Assembly: GCA_964016885.1 (NCBI GenBank) | Contig: OZ024763.1 | Location: forward strand, 4,712,001 to 4,776,000 | Direction of reading: 5' to 3' | DNA from: Eledone cirrhosa | Lineage: Eukaryota | DNA: 64,000 bases | Shown here: positions 1 to 13,374 of the stretch, piece after piece | Layout: each line of letters opens with the position of its first letter | Position numbering within the stretch: position 1 is the first letter of the stretch | The notes under the pieces: model-generated | What the model was told of the DNA's origin: nothing | The model's database searches: none | What the model saw: only the letters and a program-made list of their open reading frames with translations | Program-made: the position numbers and the translations under genes

Positions 1-575
1 CCACCACCACCACCACCACCACCAACTACACCACCACCACCACCACCAACTACAACACCACCACCACCACCACCAACTACAACACCACCACCACCACCAC
101 CAACTACAACACCACCACCACCACCACCAACTACAACACCACCACCACCACCACCAACTACAACATCAACACCACCACCACCAACTACAACACCACCACC
201 ACCACCAACTACAACACCACCACCACCACCACCACCAACTACATCACCACCACCACCACCACCAACTACAACATCAACACCATCACCACCACCAACTACA
301 ACACCACCACCACCGCCACCACCAACACCACCACTACCAACACCACCACCACCAACACCACCGCCACCACCAACACCACCACCGCCGCCGCCACTATCAC
401 CACCACCGCCGCCGCCACTATCACCACCACCACCACCACCGCCGCCACTACCACCACCACCACCACCACTACCACCGCCACCACCACCACCACCGCCGCC
501 ACCGCCACCAACACCACCACCACCACCACCGCTACCACCGCCACCGCTACCACCGCCACTACCACCACCACCACC
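1..575. repeat. (CAC/CCA)n-based minisatellite (CCACCACCACCAACTACAACA-like units)
   Basis: Direct reading; explains the poly-Val ORF 296-634. Confidence 0.95.
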
Positions 576-1186
576 ATACTCCCGGCGTCTATACATTGGT
601 AGAGACACGTTGAACAGGTTTTTTTCTTTCTCATTAAAACTTAAAACATTAACTCGCACACGTTTTTTTTATCACAGGGAACAATATATGTGTGTATGAG
701 TCTCTGTGTGTGTGTATATGTACAACATACCCCCACACGCACACACATATATATATATATATATACACACATACATATACATATATATATATATATATAC
801 ATGTCTGTGTGTGTGTGTATGCGATTATTGGGTATGTGTATTGGGTGAATGAAAATCTAACGACGCCATAATGTCGAAAGGAACGGCTATTATTCCCATG
901 TAAAACAACCGACATTATGTTTATGGCGAAAATATTTCTGAAATGCTCGGAAACAAATGAAAACAACGTATAACAATAATATAAACAGGTATTAATAAAG
1001 GATAATGGCTATCATAATCATTTATGGTTTCTGATTTAGGGACAAGGCCAACAATTTGGAGGGGAAAGTTAAGGATATCGACTCAGTGTGTTACTGGTAT
1101 TTTAGCAACTAAACAAATATGAAAGACAACATTAACTCTGTTAACACTGAAGAATCCCGAAGCTTACAGCGACCGAAACTTTGTAG

Positions 1187-1363
1187 TAATTGTTTCTACT
1201 TGTTTAACCAGTGCATTACTGGTACTTTATTTTATCGACCCCCCCGTAAGGATGAAAGGCAAAGTTAACCTTGGCGGGATTTGAACTTAGAATGGAAAGG
1301 GCTGTAACTCTATGCGTCAAAGCATGGCGTCCGACCCTCTACCGATACTGCCAATCAACCGCC
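1187..1363 (-). mobile_element. tRNA-derived SINE family 1 (octopus-type), with an internal deletion near the tail
   Basis: Reverse complement of GGCGGT-GATTGGCAGTATCGG (A box)...GAGTTCAAATCCC (B box)...GGGGTCGATAAAATAAAGTACCAGT...GTAGAAACAATT; many copies in the window. Confidence 0.85.
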
Positions 1364-1368
1364 ATCGT

Positions 1369-1423
1369 GACAAATGTCCATTGGAATTTAAGTCCAACGC
1401 CTTAACCACTTGGCCATCGTGCT
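1369..1423 (-). pseudogene. 5' fragment of tRNA-Leu(UAA)
   Basis: Minus strand AGCACGATGGCCAAGTGGTTAAGGCGTTGGACTTAAATTCCAATGGACATTTGTC gives acceptor 5' strand, D-arm, anticodon stem TTGGA/TCCAA with TAA and variable arm; T-arm and 3' end missing. Confidence 0.75.
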
Positions 1424-2276
1424 CAATAACAAATATAGCGAATTATAGTCACATCAACATTGTTGGCTATGATTGGTCAAACTGACATTGAGGTCAGATT
1501 GACATAAAAAAAAAAAAATTGGTTTATCGGAAATGAACGAAGAAAAACGGTTCTGAAATACGTCAGCTGCGAAATTTTACACAGGATGACAAAAATGTCT
1601 TCCACGTTAAGATTTTGTTTTTCAACATCAGCTTAACCTAATGAAAATATGGATTATATATATGAGGGGGGGGGGGGGGGGTTAATAATAATTGTTTCTA
1701 CCTTTGGCACAATGCCAGCAATTACTGGTTCTTTATTTTATCGACCCCGTATCTTCTCCATTTCAATAGGACAGTTATAGGACCTATATTTAATAAATAA
1801 ATAAAATTAAATTAGAAGGTGTGATGTGAGAGGGTGTATTGCCGGTCACCTTGTAAAAAAAAAATGGCGTCACTCTCTTAGAGGTAAACTCGTCAACCCT
1901 TAACAAAATTACAGGTCAGCGGCATATCTTACAACACCGGAAACCAGGCGAATGTAATCAGGTCTGCCAGTTAATTAACTGCAATCAGATATCCGAACGA
2001 AAATAGCTTTATCTACATGGGTTTCAAATACACATTACACATTACACACTACACATTGTGTTTATCTTGAGCTGTGAACCCCAAACCTTTCTTTATTTTT
2101 ACTCACGGTGCATTTAAGAACAAGTAAAAATATCTGGCACATTTCGTACGTAAATTGAAAAATGTATTCAAAAGAGGTATTTATATACATATTAGCAGAG
2201 CGTGTAGTAGACATATAGATAATTAAAAATATAGAAAAATGTTTGTACTTCCTTCTTTAGTCAACATCTACATAAT

Positions 2277-3004
<728 letters not shown>

Positions 3005-3061
3005 GAGTAAAATGACAAGAGGTCGGACATGTTGAATTCCCTTAATTATTCATTTCTGCGA

Positions 3062-3119
3062 ACACTATGCACATTTCTGTGGCCAGGTTACGTATGAACC
3101 TGGTGACATCATCAGGTGT
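3062..3119 (-). ncRNA. Type I hammerhead ribozyme motif (PLE-type)
   Basis: Minus: ACAC-CUGAUGA-long stem II (CCAGGUU/AACCUGG)-GAAA-UGUGC-AUA|GUGU; stem I ACAC/GUGU. Confidence 0.55.
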
Positions 3120-3429
3120 ATATTACATAATAGTTATATACCAAAGGAATGATGGTAAACACATTCCAAAAGACTTTATGGAAAAAAGCAAAAAAAAGAT
3201 GTTTTTTTTTTTGTTTGTTTTTGAATCAAAGGCCATCGTGGTAGCCTGTTGTTCTCAGTTTGGCTCGTCGCCTTTGACGTATATATAATATAATGTACAT
3301 CCAGTCAACATCTACATACTGTGTCTCTATATATAGCCAACACTTACCCACTGTCAGTATTGAATATGTGGACAGACAGACAGATTGGTATACAGGTTGT
3401 CAACATTATTGTAACCATATTTCTAACAG

Positions 3430-4270
3430 AACACCTCAGCAGCTGCCTAGTTGGGCTTGATAGTAGCACCGGCCCTTTAAGTATGACATACAAATATGTG
3501 ATCCTTTAAGGTTTAGTTATGAGTCTCTCTGAGCTCTGTGCCCTAAATGACTGCTTAGTTGGCTTTAATAGTAGCACATATCCAATATGTATGATATAAA
3601 ACAAGGATCCTTTAAGGTTCAGCAATGCATCTGCCTGAAGTCTGAGCCCTAGTTGGCCTTAATGGTGGCGCTGGCCCTATATAAAACAAGGATCTTTTAA
3701 GGTTCAGTAATGCATCTGCCTGAAGTCTGAGCCCTAGCTAGCTTCCCTAGTTGGCCTTAATGGTGGCGCTGACCCTATATAAAACAAGGATCCTTTAAGG
3801 TTCAGTAATGCATCTGCCTGAAGTCTGAGCCCTAGCTAGCTTCCCTAGTTGGCCTTAATGGTGGCGCTGGCCCTATATAAAACAAGGATCCTTTAAGGTT
3901 CAGTAATGCATCTGCCTGAAGTCTGAGCCCTAGCTAGCTTCCCTAGTTGTCCTTAATGGTGGCGCTGACCCTATATAAAACAAGGATCCTTTAAGGTTCA
4001 GTAATGCATCTGCCTGAAGTCTGAGCCCTAGCTAGCTTCCCTAGTTGTCCTTAATGGTGGCGCTGGCCCTATATAAAACAAGGATCCTTTAAGGTTCAGT
4101 AATGCATCTGCCTGAAGTCTGAGCCCTAGCTAGCTTCTCTAGTTGGCCTTAATGGTGGCGCTGACCCTATATAAAACAATGATCCTTTAAAAGGTTCAGT
4201 AATACATCTTTCTGAGCTTTGTGCCCTAAATGGCTGCCTAGTTGGCTTTAATAGTAGTGCCAGTCCTGAC
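3430..4270. repeat. 98-bp tandem minisatellite (~6 conserved units plus diverged flanking units)
   Basis: AAAACAAGGATC recurs at 3683, 3781, 3879, 3977, 4075 and 4173 (last copy with one mismatch). Confidence 0.9.
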
Positions 4271-4345
4271 TGCTACGTAGAACATTCTATGAAAATGACC
4301 TCACATCAGAAGGTCTATTCTTTTTAGTCATATTCAGCTTTATCG

Positions 4346-4695
4346 ATGTTGTTGTCGGGCCTCTGTTGGTTTCGACGACGATTCTTCTAATTGTTTGACC
4401 AACGGAACACCCTGTTCATGAAATTGACGTGCAAGTGGCTGAGTATTCCACAGATATGTACCATAAAAGCAATTCTCAGGGAGATTCAACATGAGACAGT
4501 GTGCGACACGGCTATCACTTTGACTTACAGGTACAGTTCATCTTGTATTAGAGTGTAAGTGACTGAGTATTCCATGGACATGTGTTCTCTTAACGTAGTT
4601 CTCAGGGAGAATCGGCGTGAGTCAGTGTTTCTTTTTGAATTACAGGCAAAACTCTTCTTTTTTTTCAGTTGAGTGGATTGGGGTAGCGTGAAATA
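4346..4695 (-). mobile_element. Diverged SINE family 2 body and tail, with an internal duplication
   Basis: GTGGCTGAGTATTCCACAG...GTAGTTCTCAGGGAGA...GAATTACAGG motifs; related to 14346-14625. Confidence 0.55.
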
Positions 4696-5133
4696 CCACC
4701 ACCACCACCACCACCACTGTACCCCTCGACCACCACCACTACCACTACCACTACCACTACCACCACTAGCACCACTACCACCACCACTGTACCCCTCGAC
4801 CACCACCGCCACCACTACCACCACCACCACCACCACCACCACTGTACCCCTCGACCACTACCACCACCACCACCACTACTACCACCACCACCACCACCAC
4901 CACTGTACCCCTCGACCACTACCACCACCACCACCACCACTACTACCACCACCACCGCCACCACCACCACCACTGTACTCCTCGACCACCACCGCCACCA
5001 CTACCACCACCACGACCACCACCACCGCCACCACTACCACTACCACCACCACCACCGCCACCACTACCACCACCGCCACCACTACCACCACCACCACCAC
5101 CACCACCGCCACCACTGTACCCCTCGACCACCA
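4696..5133. repeat. (CAC)n minisatellite with recurrent TGTACCCCTCGA
   Basis: Direct reading. Confidence 0.9.
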
Positions 5134-5910
5134 CATCGTGAAGAAGCTCTCCCTTCACCATCTTTGAGGCCCGACACTTCCGGGATAGGTAACTAAATCC
5201 TAATTCTATTCAACAACAAAACAACATTTATCCCGGAGCACTAATTAATTACTCTTCTTAACTTAATGTCTAAAAGGTACAATGGATGGGGGTGATGGGG
5301 TGGGCAGGGAAAGAAGATCGAAGGGAAAATTGAACGATTGACCTTACGATGGAGAGCCAAACACCTTAAACACTAAACCACTAGTTCTCACACCAACGTT
5401 GATGTCCACAAGCTGTTACGCCTACGAGCTTAATGAGGTCTGGCATTGCTGTTTTGATCTACAGATAACAGAATTATGATTTCATTTGTTTTGAAAGATA
5501 ACGGTTTATAACCTCTGTCCATCCCCACGCTCGGGGGGGGGGGGGGTAGCGACTTCTCAATTCTGTCCTCCGCTAGGACCGTGGGGCGGCATACGCGTGG
5601 GATTCTGCACGTCGGGTAGACAGAGGGAGAAAAGGGGGTTGAGGCGAGGCAACCTTTCATTAACTGGTTCCTACTGTCACTGTTGGTCACAACGCGTTCA
5701 CATACATAACACTGCTAAAGCTAAATTGTGTTGGTTTAGAACCCTGATTCTCCAAGAAAGCACCGGGAAAACTCACGAAAGACATATGCAGAGAAGGGAT
5801 ATGTAGGGGGGGGGGGGATCGTTGGGAAGTTAGACATGTGAATATAAGCACACACGCATATATATATATATATATATTCATAGAGATCTGGGACTTGTCT
5901 ATTTCTTCTC

Positions 5911-6113
5911 ACTTTCCGTTGCTTAAACTTTTTTGTTTGTTACCCTGGCGTCCCCTTTGTTTACGTGTCCCAACGACTTTTTTTAGCCGTTGTTCGCACC
6001 AACCTGAGGCATATGGCCCTTAAAGCGATGAAATGCCTGGGACGGTTGGAGGATCACTGATGAAGGACCTACTTTTTCACATGCCCCACCATTTGCAACG
6101 GGCAGCCTATTAT

Positions 6114-6120
<7 letters not shown>
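5911..6120 (+). mobile_element. Dispersed repeat family G (second copy at 30046-30257, minus strand)
   Basis: ~200 bp of clear similarity between the two loci; contains CTGATGAAGGAC but no complete HHR. Confidence 0.6.
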
Positions 6121-6149
<29 letters not shown>

Positions 6150-6623
6150 GTACGTACGTCCTCACATACAGACCAAAAGGCATACACACGTGTACACACA
6201 CACAAATACATACACACAGAATTATCCAAAGAAACCCTCTTTTAAGTCCATAAACAATAGGAAGTAGCGATAATAAGGAAAAAAGGGAACCGCAAATTGC
6301 TCGGGTTTCTCACTAAAGACGGCATTCCTCAGCAAATATTTTCCGTATCAATGATTATCGATTAAAGAACAAAACATCTGGCCATGAATGATTTGCCAGT
6401 GGTTCTCAGAGCTCTTTCATGGTCAGTGACCAATTACCTCTGGTTTTAAATCACTTTTCAATACTGTTCTTGTTCACATACATTAATGTGTGCGTGTGTG
6501 AGTGCGCGTGCGCGCCTGTTTTACACCTGTATATAAATATATACATGTACATATACATATATATATATATGTGTTTATATATATATGTATATATATATAT
6601 ATGTGTATATATATATATATGTG

Positions 6624-6671
<48 letters not shown>

Positions 6672-6705
6672 CACACACATATATATGTTTATATATAGAT
6701 ATATG

Positions 6706-6798
<93 letters not shown>

Positions 6799-6819
6799 TA
6801 TGTTTATATATAGATATAT

Positions 6820-6860
<41 letters not shown>

Positions 6861-6895
6861 TATATATGTTTATATATAGATATATGTTTATATAT

Positions 6896-6940
<45 letters not shown>

Positions 6941-6968
6941 TATATATGTTTATATATAGATATATGTT

Positions 6969-7008
<40 letters not shown>

Positions 7009-7033
7009 TATATATGTTTATATATAGATATAT

Positions 7034-7071
<38 letters not shown>

Positions 7072-7074
7072 ACA

Positions 7075-7273
7075 TAGGTCCCGGGTTGAGTCGGGGATAA
7101 CCACAGTAAGTAAGGTACTCAATACATGGCAGAGTAAAATTTTTTTATTTTATAGAAGGAGCTTCTACAGGACTAGTACTGTTTCATTCAGATGAAATCT
7201 TCAGGAAGCACTGAAGGCTTCCTGAAGATTTCATCTGAATGAAACAGTACTAGTCCTGTAGAAGCTCCTTCTA
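7075..7273. mobile_element. Family B fold-back HHR element (two inverted ribozymes plus a one-sided tail) in (TA)n
   Basis: Arm 7152-7209 is the reverse complement of 7217-7273; tail extension 7075-7150 on one side only; TA tracts on both flanks. Confidence 0.8.
7217..7265 (+). ncRNA. Type I hammerhead ribozyme (inverted twin on minus strand at 7161-7209)
   Basis: GCUUC-CUGAAGA-U UUCA UC UGAA U-GAA ACAG UACUAGUC CUGU A|GAAGC; predicted GUA cleavage after 7260. Confidence 0.75.
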
Positions 7274-7290
7274 TATATATATATATATGT

Positions 7291-7890
7291 TGCTGTGAGC
7301 CACCGTGGACTCTTTCGGCCTCCACCCGCTTTCCTGTCGCCACAGGGCCGGCCGCCTTCCACGCCATGCTGTCCCCAAGGAGGTCATAAAGAATGGCCTG
7401 GACGTTGCAGGCTTCCCCCTCCAAGTTCGAGCCGGTGGGGCTGGACAGAGGGGACGGCAAAAGGCCAGACAGTATGACCATCTTCCCGTTCCGCGGTGGC
7501 AAACCCCTCGTCTGGGATGCCACTTGCAGCGACACTTTCTGCAGCCGCAACCTGGTGCAGTCTGCGACTGACCCAGGTTCTGCTGCACACCGGTCGCTCT
7601 TCGACGGGTTCGCGGTCGTGCCGTTGGCAGAAGGAGACTTCTGGTGTCCTTGGCCCTAGGGCTGCCTCCCTACTCACCACCATTGGCGCTGAGCTGGCCA
7701 GCCAGCCGCAGGTGTGAGCCTCGCGAGTTGGAATGGCTCTTCCAGCGCGTCTCCCTTACCATCTTCTGGGGAAACGCCTTCTCCATTCTGTCCGCCCGGA
7801 TTGTGGGGAGGTCACCACGTGGGACCCCATTTGCTCACCATACGGAGAGATGGGGAGTGCGAGAGAGATGGAGGCGATGACAGTGGGAGT
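7291..7890 (+). mobile_element. CRE-clade non-LTR retrotransposon 3' fragment (restriction-like endonuclease domain), frameshifted
   Basis: HPLSCR..GRLPRH; EPVGLDRGDGKRPDSMTIFPFRGGKPLVWDATCSDT; TSGVLGP; FQRVSLTIFWGNAFSI. Confidence 0.8.
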
Positions 7891-8142
7891 TCGTCTGTTC
7901 TTTCATGTTTACTTAGGTTATTATTTTCTATTGCTTATAGTCTCAATACTCTTTTATATCAACGGGTTAAAGACATGTAAAATCAATTAGTGGTCAGTTC
8001 TTCAGTCTCAAGTACCCAGGGATAATGAGTCTAATAATGTTTATACAAGTTGCAAACATGTATGTATACATATATATAAATCTATATATACATGTACACA
8101 CATACACACACTTCCAGATATATATATATATATATATATATA

Positions 8143-8321
8143 TAGGAACCAGTAAGATCCCGACAGCTGAGCTCAAGCCGTTTCGACGGCTAATTAGCCG
8201 TCGAAACGGCTTGAGCTCAGCTGTCGGGGTCTTACTGGTTCCTATTACCCACTCTACTACCTCAAGTATTGAGTACTTTGGTGCGTTATGGTCCACCTGG
8301 TTCCTTACCACATTTCCTTCG

Positions 8322-8324
<3 letters not shown>
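8143..8324 (+). mobile_element. Family A fold-back HHR-derived element in (TA)n
   Basis: ~100-bp palindrome 8143-8244 plus ~80-bp tail ending TTCCTTCGTTA; contains GAAACGGC-TTGAGCTCA-GCTGTC. Confidence 0.85.
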
Positions 8325-8355
<31 letters not shown>

Positions 8356-8894
8356 AGTGAGTGTGAAAGACCAAAGGTCATTCTTGAAAGTCTCTGGATT
8401 TCGGAAGTTACTTTATACTCTTTATTGTAGAAGGTAAGATATTATCACTTTATGATTTTTACGGTCACTTGCACACTCTACTCTAAATTACAGTATACTA
8501 TACATTCACAATTATCTAAAAATTCAATTATAACATTCTGTATTAACATTTAGTATACACATTTCGCCCCGCAAAAATTTGATTGTACTGTTTTGTTTTG
8601 ACTTATTTATTTTTTGAAAATGTTATTTATTCATTATAAAAATTAAATGATAGCATTCTATATATGGGTGGGCCCTCTTTATCCCCTGGCAACCAATATT
8701 TTTAGACCCAGTTTAGACACATATATATACAATATATATATATATATTTGTGTGTATATATATATATATGCAGTAATAGATTGACCGTGAATGCAGTTTG
8801 GTTCCCATGGTTTTGATTTCTGGTTGGTATTTCACTGTATTAACACGTGCAAAGTTTAGCTTTACATTGAATCACACACATCCACATGTCATTT

Positions 8895-9044
8895 TACACA
8901 CACACATATATATATATATATGTATGTATGTATACACATGTGTGTGTATATATATATATATATGTATGTATATATATATATATATGTATATATGTATATA
9001 TGTATGTATATATATATATATGTATGTATATATATATATATATG

Positions 9045-9076
<32 letters not shown>

Positions 9077-9084
9077 TATGTATG

Positions 9085-9115
<31 letters not shown>

Positions 9116-9400
9116 ATATATATATATATATATGTATGTATATATATGTATATATATGTATATATATATATGTATGTATATATATATATATGTATGTATA
9201 TATATGTATATATATGTATATATATATATGTATGTATATATATATATATGTATGTATATATATATATGTATGTATATATATATATGTATGTATATATATA
9301 TGTATGTATATATATGTATATATATGTATATATGTATATATATGTATATATGTATGTATATGTATATATGTATATATATGTATATATATGTATGTATATG

Positions 9401-9431
<31 letters not shown>

Positions 9432-9452
9432 GTATATATATGTATATATATG

Positions 9453-9501
<49 letters not shown>

Positions 9502-9574
9502 GTGTATATATATATATATGTATATATATGTGTATATATATATATATATGTATATATATGTGTATATATATATG

Positions 9575-9605
<31 letters not shown>

Positions 9606-9691
9606 ATGTATGTATATATGTATGTATATATATATGTATATATATATGTAGTATATATATATATATATATATAGTAGGCGTATATATAAAC

Positions 9692-9725
<34 letters not shown>
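8895..9725. repeat. (TA)n/(TATG)n microsatellite
   Basis: Direct reading. Confidence 0.95.
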
Positions 9726-9727
<2 letters not shown>

Positions 9728-9953
9728 CTAATATAATAATTGTTCCTACTTTGAGTACAAGTCCAGCAATTACCTCAGTGTATTTCACCGACCCCTTAAG
9801 GATGAAATGCAAAGTTAACCTCGGCGAGATTTGAACTCAGAACGAAAAGCATGGAGCCTGATGCTCTGCCAATCCTAATATAGTAATGTCAATGAAAGCA
9901 AATATATTCTTTACCAGGTGTTTTTTACCTATATATATATATATATATATATC

Positions 9954-9992
<39 letters not shown>

Positions 9993-9993
<1 letters not shown>

Positions 9994-10209
9994 CAGTCGA
10001 TCGACTTTCGTCAAATCGGACCGAAGAAACAATGTTTCCGTCGGTCTTTCCAATTGCTAATACTATCTATCGGTCGCAACTGCAGGTAGAAGGAGCAACG
10101 TGAAATAAAGTGTCTTGCTCAAGGACATAACGCATCGCCTGGTCCAGGAATCGAACTCACAACCTCACGATTGTGAATCCAATCCTCTAACCACTCAGCC
10201 ACGCGCCTC

Positions 10210-10211
<2 letters not shown>
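9993..10211 (-). mobile_element. tRNA-derived SINE family 2 (CORE-like central block)
   Basis: Minus: GGCGCGTGGCTGAGTGGTTAG (A box)...GAGTTCGATTCC (B box)...GTCCTTGAGCAAGACACTTTATTTCAC; inverted copy at 11452-11646. Confidence 0.8.
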
Positions 10212-10253
<42 letters not shown>

Positions 10254-10266
10254 TTATTATATATAG

Positions 10267-10309
<43 letters not shown>

Positions 10310-10323
10310 TTATTATATATAGT

Positions 10324-10360
<37 letters not shown>

Positions 10361-10362
10361 CT

Positions 10363-10395
<33 letters not shown>

Positions 10396-10628
10396 GTTAT
10401 ATATATATATATATATAATATATATATTATATATATATATATATATATAATATATATATTATATATAATATATATATTATATATATATATATATATATAA
10501 TATATATATTATATATAATATATATATTATATATATATATATATATTATATATAGTTATATATATATATATATTATATATAGTTATATATATATATTATA
10601 TATATATATTATATATATATATTATATA

Positions 10629-10671
<43 letters not shown>

Positions 10672-10695
10672 TTATTTATTATTATTATTATTATG

Positions 10696-11060
10696 ATTTG
10701 AGTTCAAATTCCGTCTGGTTTAACTTTATCTTTCACCCTTACGGGATCGATAAAATAAAGTACCAGTAATATACTGGGATAATTTCTGGCCTTGTGCCAA
10801 AAGTAGAAACAATTATTATTATTGTTATAAGGATGGTGCATTGGCAGTATCGGTAGAGCGTTGTGACATTGAGTTAAGGCCCTTTACGTTCTGAGTTCAA
10901 ATCCCGCCGAGGTTAGCTTTGCCTTCCATCCTGATGTGCTGGGGTCGATTTAATCGACTTTCTCCTCTCCCTAAATTGCTGGCCTTGTTCTAAAGAAATA
11001 ATTGTTTCTACTTTTGGCACAAGGCCAGCAATTACACAGTGTATTACTGGTACTTTATTG
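10696..11060. mobile_element. Cluster of three SINE family 1 fragments
   Basis: Match to the family consensus in both orientations. Confidence 0.75.
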
Positions 11061-11400
11061 TTGGTAGTAGGTGTGGCGGTGTCCGTGGTTTTGGTGGACG
11101 TGTTTGATACTGATGAAGCCAATTCTTAAGTGATCTACGTAATTCAAAGAAATATATTACTACACAGATATATAGACACACACACATATATACATATACA
11201 CACCTGACCCTGTTTTTTCCCCCAAAACAGGTGTAAACGTAATTCTATAGCAAGATGGCCGACACAGCGATATAGTGCACACACGGTTTACGCTAACGAT
11301 ACATAAACCTGACACCTGTGTATCTAACTCATTTTTACTCGAATATCTCTTGTGATTAAGCGTTCGTAATCACACACCCAGGGTCCCGGTGTGTGGATGG

Positions 11401-11449
<49 letters not shown>

Positions 11450-11451
11450 AA

Positions 11452-11646
11452 GGCTGAGTGGTTAGAGAATTGGCTTCGCAATCGTGAGTTCGATTCCTGG
11501 ACCAAGCGATGCGTTATGTCCTTGAGCAATACACTTTATTTCACCTTGCTCCTTCTACCTGGAGTTGCGACCGATAGATAGTATTAGGAATTGGAAAGAC
11601 CAACGGAAACATTGTTTCCTCGGTCCGATTTGACGAAAGTCGATCG
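11452..11646 (+). mobile_element. tRNA-derived SINE family 2
   Basis: Same sequence as 9993-10211 in the opposite orientation. Confidence 0.8.
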
Positions 11647-12364
11647 CTCCTTAAAATACGTGTGTGTAAACTCCCACACATATACACTCACACATATCAT
11701 CAATCATCAGATATCTATATGTATGTGGAGATGTGTATGTGTGTTTAATTCTCTGTGTATCTGATTAAATATTTACGTGAAGATGTGTGTGTATGTAACT
11801 TACTAAGGCCTAACGTACGTAACGAACACGCAAACACACACTCAGAAACCCACTCGTATACAAAATATGCCGTCATCGTGGTGGTGTTATAAAATGTCCG
11901 TTTACTTATAGTTGACTTTAGTAGATTATTTTAGATAAAATGTGAATGCGTGACCCCTTGCATACCATACCATAAGAAATGACATCCTTTTTCCTGAAAA
12001 AAGGTAACAGCTATTCTTTTATTGTTTTACTCATTTCGGTAATTCCATTATTCATCCAAATTTGTATAAAACTGCTGTTATTTAACTCTTAACATCCTGT
12101 AATTGTTTAGCAGAAAATATCTAAAAGTGCCGTTGGGAATTCAAATGTTTATAGTAGTTTTACTAGTGGACAGATTGTTGTGAACATTTGAAGTAGAGTA
12201 AATACTTTATTTTTTATATGATGCACCCATAGCGCTGTTTTTCACTTTTCAAGAATATCTTGCCAATGTGGTTTCATGTGTTGTTTTTAATTCAGTTGTA
12301 GGGCAGATAATTGTGAATACTTGCAATATTAGAGAAAATACTTAACTTTAATATGGAGCAGCGA

Positions 12365-12445
12365 AGATCAGTGCTGCGAAAACTGAGACAGTCGTCCTCT
12401 CGAGGAAGCCTGCGCAGTGCACGCTACATGTGAATGAAGGTTCAC
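12365..12445 (+). mobile_element. Short RTE-clade LINE RT fragment
   Basis: Translates KISAAKTETVVLSRKPAQCTLHVNE, resembling RTE/Expander RT. Confidence 0.45.
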
Positions 12446-12825
12446 CAATGCACGCTAGTCGACTGCCTGGTTGGTCTTAATGGTAGCGTCGGCCCTGGTT
12501 ATGGTACGCTGTAGTAAGTTGTGGTATGTAGTGTGATGTAGTAGGGTTAAGACAAGGCAGGGGTAGATACTGGAACAAAGGCAAACAGTGTTATTGTGAC
12601 AAATAAGGGCTCAGAGAGAATAAAACCTCGGTTGAATAGTTTCGGACAACAAGCCCATTTTATGTGACAATCCACTGTGTCCCCCCCCCCCCCCCCCATG
12701 GGGCCCATTGCCACACCCACCCCAAAGTATACGTTGAAATCCTTACAACGTAATAATCGATGTAACTAACACACCTTGATTTCTATTTTGTTTTTATTAT
12801 CTTGTCATCTACTTACTATAGGAAG

Positions 12826-12913
<88 letters not shown>

Positions 12914-12994
12914 ATTTATTGGAAAATCGTGTATTCAATGCGTGTTTGTTTTGGGGGTGGGTGTTTGTTACACGCACACACACACACACACACA

Positions 12995-13074
<80 letters not shown>

Positions 13075-13144
13075 TGTATGTATGAATTGTGTATGTATGT
13101 ATTATGATTCGTATGCACGAAAAGATCAGCAAGGTGAAACAGCT

Positions 13145-13227
<83 letters not shown>

Positions 13228-13339
13228 GAATTCCAACTTTGCCTGATTTACTCGTTTTATTTACAATCCTTTAAAATGTATAATGGTATTAGAATGAAAT
13301 AGTTGAAAATTGCAAACTTGACTGTCACCACAGAATATA

Positions 13340-13374
13340 AACCTGAAGATTGCGAAAGCATGAAAGTACTTGTT
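13340..13374 (+). ncRNA. Minimal type I hammerhead ribozyme between 22-bp inverted repeats (13282-13303 / 13407-13428)
   Basis: AAC-CUGAAGA-U UGC GAAA GCA U-GAA AGUACU U|GUU; palindromic stem III AGUACU, CUU cleavage triplet. Confidence 0.7.

Noticed and set aside
6050-6080. CTGATGAAGGAC in family G as an HHR
   Set aside because: No GAAA strand in the right position in either copy
8798-9812. Long ORFs of YI/VC/HT repeats (here and throughout the ORF track)
   Set aside because: Stop-free translations of (TA)n, (TG)n and (CA)n microsatellites; no protein features
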